NCBI GenBank assembly: GCA_035526335.1
Contig: DATLCN010000026.1
Span: forward strand, 14,765 to 78,764
DNA length: 64,000 bases
Source: Acidimicrobiales bacterium
GTDB taxonomy: Bacteria > Actinomycetota > Acidimicrobiia > Acidimicrobiales > GCA-2861595
Reading direction: 5' to 3'
Shown here piece after piece: positions 53,255 through 60,590 of this stretch. The notes below the pieces were generated by a model that was not told the DNA's origin, searched no databases, and saw only the letters and a list, made by a program, of their open reading frames with translations. Numbering within the stretch: position 1 is the first letter of the stretch; the number at the start of each line of letters is the position of its first letter. A program made the translations under genes and the position numbers.

Positions 53255-54730
53255 TCAGCCGGCGGCGACGGGGATCCTGGTGCGATGGCGTGGCCGGGCC
53301 GTGACCTCCTGCAGCTCCCCGGTCAGGTGGTGAGGCGCGGCGGCGGTGACGAGCACGGTGGCGAAAGTGCCAGGCGCCAAGGCGAGGAGGGCGGGGTTGG
53401 GGCCCCGCCCGGGCGGATAGGCACCGACGGCGCCGGGCGGGGATGGGGACCCCGCCTCGGCGAGGAGGGCGGGGTTGGGGCCCCGCCCGGGCGGATAGGC
53501 ACAGTGCAGGAGCTTGTTCTGGCGGGTGCGGCCGGTGAGGACGGCGGGGTCCCTCTTGCTCGGGCCCTCCACCAGGATCTCCTCCACCCGGCCGATCCGG
53601 GCCTGGTGCTTGAGCAGGGCGGAGCGCTCGACGACCACCTTCAGCCTCGCGAAGCGCTCGGCCACCACCTCGGCGGGGACGAACCGGTCCGCCATGGAAG
53701 CGGCCTCGGTGCCGGGCCTGGGCGAGAAGACGAAGGTGTAGGCGCTGTCGTACCCGGCCGCCGCCACCACCTCGAGCGTCCGCTCGAAGTCGTCGTCGGA
53801 CTCGCCGGGGAACCCCACGATGAGGTCGGTGGTGACGGCCAGATCGGGAACCCCAGCACGAGCCGCGGCCAGCTTCTCCAGGTAACGCTCGGCCGTGTAG
53901 CCACGATGCATGGCCGCCAGCGTGCGGTTGCTGCCGGACTGGAGGGGCAGGTGGAGGTGTTCGCAGACGGCCGGCGCCGCCGCCATGGCCTCGATGGTGT
54001 CGGGACGGAGGTCCTTCGGGTGGGGGCTGGTGAAGCGGACCCGGCGGATGCCGTCGACTGACGCCACCGCCTCCAGGAGCTCGGCGAACAGCGGCCCGCG
54101 ACGGGTGATGTCGCGACCGTAGGAGTTGACGTTCTGACCGAGGAGGGTGACCTCTACCGTGCCGGCCGCGGCCAGCGCCTCGACCTCGGCCACGACCTCG
54201 TTCAGCGGCCGGCTGATCTCCTTGCCCCGGACAGCGGGAACGATGCAGAAGGCGCAACTGTTGTCGCAACCGATCTGGATGGTGACCCACGCCGAGTAGG
54301 GCAGGTCCCGGCGGGCGGGCAGAGCCGACGGAAAGGCCTCGGACTCCTCCAGGATCTCCATCACGGGCCCTTCGTTGCTGGCCCGCCGGAGCAGGTCCGC
54401 CACGCTGCCCACGTTGTGGGTGCCGAACACCACGTCGGTGTGCGGGGCGCGGGCCTGGATGTGCTCCCTGTCCTTCTGGGCCAGACAGCCGGCCACCGCG
54501 ATCTGCATGTCCGGCCGGCGCTCCTTGAGCGACTTGAGCTGGCCGAGGTGGCCGTAGAGCTTGTTGTCGGCGTTCTCCCGGATGCAGCAGGTGTTGAGCA
54601 CCACCACGTCGGCCGCCTCGAGATCGTCGGTGGCCGACAGGCCGTCGGCCTCCAGCAGCCCGGCGATGCGCTCGGAGTCGTGGACGTTCATCTGGCACCC
54701 GAAGGTGCGGATCAGGTACTTGCGGGTCAT
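53255..54730 (-). CDS. miaB: tRNA-2-methylthio-N6-dimethylallyladenosine synthase (radical SAM methylthiotransferase)
   Basis: YLIRTFGCQMNVHDSE, NTCCIRE, the radical-SAM motif IGCDNSCAFCIVP, and a TRAM-like C-terminus interrupted by a repeat. ATG 54730 was chosen. Confidence 0.93.
   Translation of the reverse strand: MTRKYLIRTFGCQMNVHDSERIAGLLEADGLSATDDLEAADVVVLNTCCIRENADNKLYGHLGQLKSLKERRPDMQIAVAGCLAQKDREHIQARAPHTDVVFGTHNVGSVADLLRRASNEGPVMEILEESEAFPSALPARRDLPYSAWVTIQIGCDNSCAFCIVPAVRGKEISRPLNEVVAEVEALAAAGTVEVTLLGQNVNSYGRDITRRGPLFAELLEAVASVDGIRRVRFTSPHPKDLRPDTIEAMAAAPAVCEHLHLPLQSGSNRTLAAMHRGYTAERYLEKLAAARAGVPDLAVTTDLIVGFPGESDDDFERTLEVVAAAGYDSAYTFVFSPRPGTEAASMADRFVPAEVVAERFARLKVVVERSALLKHQARIGRVEEILVEGPSKRDPAVLTGRTRQNKLLHCAYPPGRGPNPALLAEAGSPSPPGAVGAYPPGRGPNPALLALAPGTFATVLVTAAAPHHLTGELQEVTARPRHRTRIPVAAG
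53381..53502. repeat. 44-bp perfect direct repeat x2 separated by 34 bp, inside miaB
   Basis: GGCGAGGAGGGCGGGGTTGGGGCCCCGCCCGGGCGGATAGGCAC occurs at 53381..53424 and 53459..53502. Each copy contains the 12-bp palindrome CCGCCCGGGCGG and GGGGCCCC. The period is 78 bp, or 26 codons. Confidence 0.9.
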
Positions 54731-54768
54731 CTCCCGCCCAAAGCTACCGGCCGCCGGCCCGCCTCCCC

Positions 54769-55173
54769 TCAGGTCAGGGAGTTGTTCGGACCGGCACCCT
54801 GGCCCGCCGACCGCGAACGCTCCATGCGGGTGATGCTGACCTCGTCGGCGAGGTCCGGCACAGGCCTCAGCGCCACCCGGTCCCGGACGTCGACCACGGT
54901 GGGAACCCGGCGCTGGCGGTCCTCGACGAGGAGCCGGATGGCGGTACGGCGCTCGCCCTCGATCTCGATGTCGGCGAAGCTGGGCACGCACACGAGATCG
55001 ACGCCCGATGGGGCGAGGAACCCCCTGGCGATGGCGATGGCCTTGACGGCCTGGTTGAGGGCGCCGGCGCCCACCACCTGTACCTCGACGGCGCCGGCCT
55101 GGCGCACCACGCCGGCGAGGGCGCCGGCACAGGAGTTCGGATTGGACTTGCTGCTCACCTTGAGTACTTCCAT
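54769..55173 (-). CDS. spoVS: SpoVS-family protein with a ~48-aa C-terminal extension
   Basis: MEVLKVSSKSNPNSCAGALAGVVRQAGAVEVQVVGAGALNQAVKAIAIARGFLAPSGVDLVCVPSFADIEIEGERRTAIRL is near-colinear with the 86-aa Bacillus SpoVS as I recall it. Confidence 0.85.
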   Translation of the reverse strand: MEVLKVSSKSNPNSCAGALAGVVRQAGAVEVQVVGAGALNQAVKAIAIARGFLAPSGVDLVCVPSFADIEIEGERRTAIRLLVEDRQRRVPTVVDVRDRVALRPVPDLADEVSITRMERSRSAGQGAGPNNSLT

Positions 55174-55288
55174 GACTGCTCCCCGGCTAGATGCTGCGAC
55201 GGTCGATAGGACACCTTCTGGACCAAGGGTTCGACAGACCGGGGCACCATACCTTCCCGCGGACGAAGAAAATCCGGGTCCGGGAGAA

Positions 55289-55318
55289 GGCGGGTGGGAG
55301 TGCCGGCGACCGCCCGCC
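55289..55318 (-). terminator. possible recA terminator hairpin
   Basis: The minus-strand RNA GGCGGGCGG-ucgccggcacuc-CCACCCGCC (9-bp stem, one mismatch) starts right after the recA stop. It is followed by a pyrimidine-rich UUCUCCC and a later AUUUUCUU tract rather than a clean U-run. Confidence 0.35.
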
Positions 55319-56404
55319 TCAGTCGTTGACCATGATCGGCTCGTCGTCGCCGGCGCCCTGGCCCAGGGGGACATCCACGCCCGGGCCGATCTGCTCAGCG
55401 CTGTCGCCTTCGCCGGCATCGCCGCCGATGCCCGACTGGCGGCGGATCCGCTCGTTGAGCTCCACCATGATCTCAGGGTTGTCGAGCAGGAACTGCTTTG
55501 CGTTCTCCCGCCCCTGCCCCAGCTGCTCGCCCTCGTAGGTGTACCAGGCCCCTGACTTCTTGGCGATGCCCATGTCGACGGCGATGTCGAGCACCGAACC
55601 CTCCCTGCTGATCCCCTTGCCGAACTGGATGTCGAACTCGGCCTGCTTGAACGGGGAAGCGCACTTGTTCTTGACCACCTTCACCCGCACCCGGTTCCCC
55701 ACGACCTCGGCGCCGTCCTTGATGGACTCGATGCGGCGGATGTCGAGGCGCACCGAGCTGTAGAACTTCAGCGCCTTGCCCCCCGGGGTGGTCTCAGGCG
55801 ATCCGAACATCACACCTATTTTCTCTCTGAGCTGATTGATGAAGATGGCGACGGTGTTCGAGCGGTTGAGGGTGGCGGTGATCTTGCGCAGGGCCTGGGA
55901 CATGAGGCGGGCCTGGAGGCCCATGTGGGAGTCGCCCATGTCGCCCTCGATCTCGGCTCGGGGGGTGAGGGCGGCGACGGAGTCGATCACCAGGACGTCG
56001 AGGGCACCGGAGCGGATGAGCATGTCGGCGATCTCCAGGGCCTGCTCACCGGTGTCGGGCTGGGAGATGAGCAACTCGTCCACGTTGACGCCGATGGCGC
56101 CGGCGTACACCGGGTCCATGGCGTGCTCGGCGTCGATGTAGGCGCAGATGCCGCCGTTGCGCTGGGCCTCGGCCACCACGTGCATGGCCAGGGTGGACTT
56201 GCCGGACGACTCCGGGCCGTAGATCTCCACGACCCGCCCGCGGGGGAGGCCGCCCACGCCGAGGGCCAGGTCGAGGGCCATGGCCCCGGTGGGAATGGAC
56301 TCGATGCCCATGTGGGTCTTGTCGCCCATTCGCATGATGGACCCCTTGCCGAACTGCTTGTCGATCTGGCCCAGCGCCATCTCGAGTGCCTTGTCTCTTT
56401 CCAT
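55319..56404 (-). CDS. recA: recombinase RecA
   Basis: [18 protein letters not shown], the Walker A motif [21 protein letters not shown] and [31 protein letters not shown] 56404 follows AGAGAGGGG; the track start 56425 is less likely. Confidence 0.98.
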   Translation of the reverse strand: MERDKALEMALGQIDKQFGKGSIMRMGDKTHMGIESIPTGAMALDLALGVGGLPRGRVVEIYGPESSGKSTLAMHVVAEAQRNGGICAYIDAEHAMDPVYAGAIGVNVDELLISQPDTGEQALEIADMLIRSGALDVLVIDSVAALTPRAEIEGDMGDSHMGLQARLMSQALRKITATLNRSNTVAIFINQLREKIGVMFGSPETTPGGKALKFYSSVRLDIRRIESIKDGAEVVGNRVRVKVVKNKCASPFKQAEFDIQFGKGISREGSVLDIAVDMGIAKKSGAWYTYEGEQLGQGRENAKQFLLDNPEIMVELNERIRRQSGIGGDAGEGDSAEQIGPGVDVPLGQGAGDDEPIMVND

Positions 56405-56500
56405 GGGTAGAACCCCTCTCTTCACGGTCGTTTCCTCTGTTCTGGTTCGAGGCCCACCCTACGGAGAGGGTGTGACAAGTGACACCGGCGTACTTTCACG

Positions 56501-56529
56501 AGTGTAATCCCAAACGTCTGTTCGTTCAA
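56501..56529 (-). promoter_or_regulatory. candidate recA promoter (-35 TTGAAC, 17-nt spacer, -10 TACACT)
   Basis: The minus strand reads cTTGAACgaacagacgtttgggatTACACTcg. The -35 overlaps the thpR stop codon and the SOS-like box occupies the spacer. Confidence 0.5.
56512..56523. promoter_or_regulatory. SOS-box-like site upstream of recA (GAACagacGTTT on the minus strand)
   Basis: Lies within the 17-nt spacer of the candidate recA promoter, about 110 nt upstream of the recA ATG. Confidence 0.6.
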
Positions 56530-57044
56530 GGACCCTGGAGCGCAAGACGGCGGACGATGTCGTAGCGGGCCCGACCTTGACGGCCGGCGCCGAGACGGCT
56601 GGCCACCAGCGTGATCTCGGGGACCGCCCAGGTGCCGGCGATGGAGGCCCCCGCCAGGGAGCGAAGGTCGACGCCACGGGGATGGCGAGCCCGGGCCAGC
56701 GTGATGTGGCCGGCGAATGGCCGGTCTTCGGGCGGATGCCCGATCCCTCCGGTCGCGGCAACGGTAGCCGCGGCCACCGCGTCCAGTCCAGAAACGGGGA
56801 CATGGAGAACGCGCCGGCCGAAACGGCCGGTGGCGGGGCCCATTCCGGCGACCGCCGGGGTGCCGGCGCCGATGGTGTCGAAGGCCCAGGCCGCCTCGTC
56901 CTCGTCGACCTCGCCGAGGAAACGCAGGGTCACGTGCCACTGGTCCGGCCCGGTCCAGCGCAGCCCCTCCACCTCTGGCCGCGGCAGTCCGGCGAGGCTC
57001 GCCACCACCTCGGGCGGCGGCCAGACGGCGACGAAGGCTCGCAT
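56526..57044 (-). CDS. thpR: RNA 2',3'-cyclic phosphodiesterase (2H family, ThpR/LigT)
   Basis: Two HxTx motifs, WHVTLRF and GHITLAR. ATG 57044 gives MRAFVAVWPP. Confidence 0.8.
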   Translation of the reverse strand: MRAFVAVWPPPEVVASLAGLPRPEVEGLRWTGPDQWHVTLRFLGEVDEDEAAWAFDTIGAGTPAVAGMGPATGRFGRRVLHVPVSGLDAVAAATVAATGGIGHPPEDRPFAGHITLARARHPRGVDLRSLAGASIAGTWAVPEITLVASRLGAGRQGRARYDIVRRLALQGP

Positions 57045-57135
57045 GTCCCTCAGCCGGCGAGATCGACGGCCAGGACCGGAGCCGGCTCCCCGACAGCCGG
57101 TCGCCCCGCCCACCGGACCGGAGCCGGCGACACGC

Positions 57136-58383
57136 TCACGGGGACGACTGACGCTCCAGAAGCCGCCGGCGCAGCAGGTCCAGCATCGTTATCACCGCGA
57201 GTTCCCTTATGTGCCGGCGGTCCCCCGGCAGGCGGCGGTGCACCACCTCGGTACGGCCGTCCATGCACAGGCCGAAGAAGACGGTCCCGACCGGCATGCC
57301 GTCCTGGGTGGCCGGCCCGGCCACTCCGGTGACGGAAAGGGCCACATCGGCCTCCAGCACCCGGCATGCTCCCTGGGCCATGGCCGCCGCGGCCTCCTTG
57401 GAGACGACGGGGCCCTCGGGCACGTCCAGCAGCCCGAACTTCACCTGCGAGTCGTAGGACACCACTCCACCGCGGAACCACCTGCTGGAACCCTCCACCT
57501 CCACCAGGCGCGACGCCACCAGCCCACCCGTCATGGACTCGGCCAGGCCCAGCGTCATCCCACACTCCTCCAGCAGTGCGCCCACCCGGTCCTCCATGGT
57601 CTGGTCGTCCACCCCGAACACCAGCGGCCCGAGCATGCGCCGCACCTCGGCATCCTCGGCGTCGAGCAGTGCCTCCGCCTCGTCCCGGGTGGACGCACGC
57701 GCCGTGATCCGCACGCCGATCCCCTTCACCCCGCCGGCGAGGAAGGCGAGCGTCGGGTTGCCCGCGGCGTCGAGCGCCTCCACACGTGGCGCCAGCCGCT
57801 CGGCCAGCACCGACTCGGGCAGGCCCCAGGTTCGCAGCACCCGCGAGACGATGGTCGAAGGAGGCCCGGCCCGGCGCTGAAGGTCCGGGAGAACGGCGCG
57901 ACCCACCATCTCCTTCAGCTCGTGTGGCACGCCCGGAACGGCGTACAAGACCTTCTCGCCGACTGGACAGATGAGACCGGGCGCCGTCCCCTGGTCCTGG
58001 CGGATGCTCACCGCCCCCTCGGGAACGTCGGCTTGGCGTTCGTTGCTCGGGGACATCTCGCGCCCGCGCCGGGCGAACCGCCGGCGGAGCGATTCCACCA
58101 GATCCGGGTCACGTCTGAGCTGCACGCCCATGACCTCGGCGATGGCTTCGCGCGAGATGTCGTCGTGGGTCGGGCCGAGGCCCCCGCACACGACCACGGC
58201 CTCACTCCGCTCCAACGCCACCCGCACCGCGGTGACGATCCGCTCGACGTTGTCGCCCACGACGGTGCGGAAGTACGACTCGATGCCGGCGGCGGCCAGC
58301 CGTTGCCCGAGCCAGGCCGAGTTCGTGTCGACCACGTCCCCCAGCAGCAACTCGGTTCCTACGGCGACGACCTCACACCGCAC
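57136..58383 (-). CDS. cinA: CinA-family competence/damage-inducible protein (MoCF-like domain plus nicotinamide-nucleotide amidase domain)
   Basis: VAVGTELLLGDVVDTNSAWL, GGLGPTHDDI and the C-terminal ESMTGGL...VTGVAGP. Confidence 0.9.
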   Translation of the reverse strand: MRCEVVAVGTELLLGDVVDTNSAWLGQRLAAAGIESYFRTVVGDNVERIVTAVRVALERSEAVVVCGGLGPTHDDISREAIAEVMGVQLRRDPDLVESLRRRFARRGREMSPSNERQADVPEGAVSIRQDQGTAPGLICPVGEKVLYAVPGVPHELKEMVGRAVLPDLQRRAGPPSTIVSRVLRTWGLPESVLAERLAPRVEALDAAGNPTLAFLAGGVKGIGVRITARASTRDEAEALLDAEDAEVRRMLGPLVFGVDDQTMEDRVGALLEECGMTLGLAESMTGGLVASRLVEVEGSSRWFRGGVVSYDSQVKFGLLDVPEGPVVSKEAAAAMAQGACRVLEADVALSVTGVAGPATQDGMPVGTVFFGLCMDGRTEVVHRRLPGDRRHIRELAVITMLDLLRRRLLERQSSP

Positions 58384-58981
58384 GGCTGCCGTGACCCGCC
58401 GCCTCTGCTGCGGCGACGACCCGCTGGGCGTCCAGGAGGTACTGGCAGCCCGTGAACAAGGTCAGGGCGGCAGCGGCCCACAGCGCGGTGACGGCTGCGG
58501 ACGGATGGCCGGACGTGGCCGGGAGGAGCACGAGAGCCACGGCCACCTGCTGGACGACGGTCTTCACCTTGGCCCACCACCGGGCCGGAATCGATATCCC
58601 GCGCTTGCCCATCCACGTCCGGTAGAGGCTGACCGCGACCTCCCGCACGGCGATGAGCGTGACGGGCGGCCACCAGAAGACGCCGTCCACGACGAGTGCG
58701 GACATGGCTCCGAGGATGAGGCACTTGTCGGCCAGCGGGTCGAGGAAGGCACCGGAACGGGTGATGCCCTGCCGGCGGGCGAGGTAACCGTCCACCCAGT
58801 CGGTCCCCGACAGCACGACCCAGAAGGCGACCGCGGGCCAGGACGCCCCGCCCGCGAGGATCACCGTGATCAGAATGGGCGTGACCAGGATCCTGGCGAT
58901 GGTCACCGCGTTGGCGGGCGTGGCCAGCGCGCCGGGACCGAAGCCGGTTCCGGCCCTGGCCGGTGCCGATTCCGTGGTCAC
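58373..58981 (-). CDS. pgsA: CDP-diacylglycerol--glycerol-3-phosphate 3-phosphatidyltransferase
   Basis: The CDP-alcohol phosphatidyltransferase motif DWVDGYLARRQGITRSGAFLDPLADK. Confidence 0.9.
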   Translation of the reverse strand: MTTESAPARAGTGFGPGALATPANAVTIARILVTPILITVILAGGASWPAVAFWVVLSGTDWVDGYLARRQGITRSGAFLDPLADKCLILGAMSALVVDGVFWWPPVTLIAVREVAVSLYRTWMGKRGISIPARWWAKVKTVVQQVAVALVLLPATSGHPSAAVTALWAAAALTLFTGCQYLLDAQRVVAAAEAAGHGSRAV

Positions 58982-58983
58982 GT

Positions 58984-60222
58984 TCAGACCGCCTCCGCGT
59001 CGAGGTCCGGGCCCTCGGCTCCTGTGACGAGCACCTTGACCACCTCGCCGACAGGAAGCGTCTCCGGGATGCGCACGACCCCGTCGATGTCAGGCGCCTC
59101 CCGCGAGCTACGCCCGATCCCCGGCCGGTCCACCAGAACCTCCACCACGGTCCCGATGAGCATCTCGCGCCGCCGGGCGGTGATGGTGTCCTGGACCTCG
59201 GTCAGCTCCCGGAGCCGCTCCGCGACCAGGTCGGGCTCGACCTGGCCATCGAGGCCGGCGGCGTAGGTGCCCTCCTCGGCGGAGTACGAGAAGAACCCGC
59301 ACCAGTCGAGCTGCGCCGCGTGGAGGAAGGACAGCAGAAGGTCGTGGTCGGCCTCGGACTCACCGGGGTACCCGACGATGAAGTTGGAACGGAAGGCGGC
59401 ATCGGGCCAGCGCTCACGGATCTCGGCGATCCGGCGCAGGAAGCGGGCCCCGTCACCCCACCGGCACATCCGCTTCAGCAACGGACGCGAGACGTGCTGG
59501 AGGGACAGGTCGAAGTACGGGATGCCTGTGTCCCCTATGGCGTCGATCAACCCGTCGGTGAGGTCCGAGGGGTACAGGTACAGAAGCCGGGTACGCGCCT
59601 TTTCCGCCACCGCCCGCACCAGGCCGACGATTGCGCCGGCACCCATTCCCTCCACGTCCTTGCCGTAAGAAGCGAGGTCCTGGGCGACCAGGACGATCTC
59701 CCTGGCGCAGAGGGAGTCGACCTCCTCGAGAATCGCCTCGACCGGGCGCGAGCGCTGCGGCCCACGGAACGAGGGGATGGCGCAGAACCCGCACTTGCGG
59801 TCGCAGCCCTCGGCGATCTTCACGTAGGCCCAGGGCGCCGTCGCCGGCGGCCGAGGCAGGTTGAGCAGGTCGAGACGCGGTGCGGCGGCCCGCCGGCGCA
59901 GCGTCACAGGCACGCCGAACCCGGCGACCAGGTCGACCTCGGGAAGGGCTGCAGCCAGTTCGTCGCCGTAGCGCTCGGCCATGCACCCCGTGACCACCAG
60001 CCTGGCCCCGGGCGCCCTGGCGCCGGCCAGGGCGAGCACCGTCTCCACCGACTCCTGGCGGGCGGTCTCGATGAACGCACAGGTGTTGACCACGACGATG
60101 TCGGCCTCCGCCGGCGACATGGCCGCGAGCATCCCTTCGGCGTGCAGGGTCCCCGTCAGCTTGTCCGAGTCCACCTGGTTCTTCGGGCAGCCCAGGGTCT
60201 CCACCCAATAGCGACCCGTCAC
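58984..60222 (-). CDS. rimO: ribosomal protein S12 methylthiotransferase
   Basis: WVETLGCPKNQVDSD, NTCAFIE, the radical-SAM motif EGCDRKCGFCAIP, and a TRAM C-terminus. GTG 60222 is preferred because codons upstream (gta, agg, cga, tgt, aga) look non-coding and would overlap the divergent Nfu gene. Confidence 0.9.
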   Translation of the reverse strand: MTGRYWVETLGCPKNQVDSDKLTGTLHAEGMLAAMSPAEADIVVVNTCAFIETARQESVETVLALAGARAPGARLVVTGCMAERYGDELAAALPEVDLVAGFGVPVTLRRRAAAPRLDLLNLPRPPATAPWAYVKIAEGCDRKCGFCAIPSFRGPQRSRPVEAILEEVDSLCAREIVLVAQDLASYGKDVEGMGAGAIVGLVRAVAEKARTRLLYLYPSDLTDGLIDAIGDTGIPYFDLSLQHVSRPLLKRMCRWGDGARFLRRIAEIRERWPDAAFRSNFIVGYPGESEADHDLLLSFLHAAQLDWCGFFSYSAEEGTYAAGLDGQVEPDLVAERLRELTEVQDTITARRREMLIGTVVEVLVDRPGIGRSSREAPDIDGVVRIPETLPVGEVVKVLVTGAEGPDLDAEAV

Positions 60223-60281
60223 GATCCTGAATCTACAGCGGCCGACCGCGATCGCCGTGGGTCGCCTGGTTACCATCAACC

Positions 60282-60539
60282 ATGGCCAACGCGACCCCCC
60301 AGCCGTCCCCAAACCCGAACGCGCTGCGCTTCCAGCTCGACACCACCCTGGCCACGACCCTCAGCTTCAGCAACGCCACGGCAGCCGAGGCTGATCCGTT
60401 CGCGAAGCAGGTGTTCTCGGCCGAGGGCGTGGCGTCCATCTTCGGCGTCAACGACTTCGTCACCGTGACCCGCTCTGCCGGCGCCGACTGGGATCCCATA
60501 ATCGCCGTCGTCCAGTCCGCCGCGGCAGAGCACCTATAG
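60282..60539 (+). CDS. Nfu/NifU N-terminal-domain (Nfu_N) protein
   Basis: ATPQPSPNPNALRFQLD ... GVASIFGVNDFVTVTRSAGADW resembles the scaffold-protein Nfu_N domain. Confidence 0.7.
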   Translation: MANATPQPSPNPNALRFQLDTTLATTLSFSNATAAEADPFAKQVFSAEGVASIFGVNDFVTVTRSAGADWDPIIAVVQSAAAEHL

Positions 60540-60590
60540 AGCGACATCTTGTGTCGATCTGAGCCGGAGATTCTCAAAGGAGGCCGGAGA

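Noticed and set aside
53381-53502. A repeat-spacer-repeat layout (44 bp - 34 bp - 44 bp, palindromic repeat) that superficially resembles a minimal CRISPR array.
   Set aside because: There are only two copies and no cas genes. The whole unit is in frame inside the conserved miaB coding sequence. I treat it as an intragenic duplication or palindromic insert instead.
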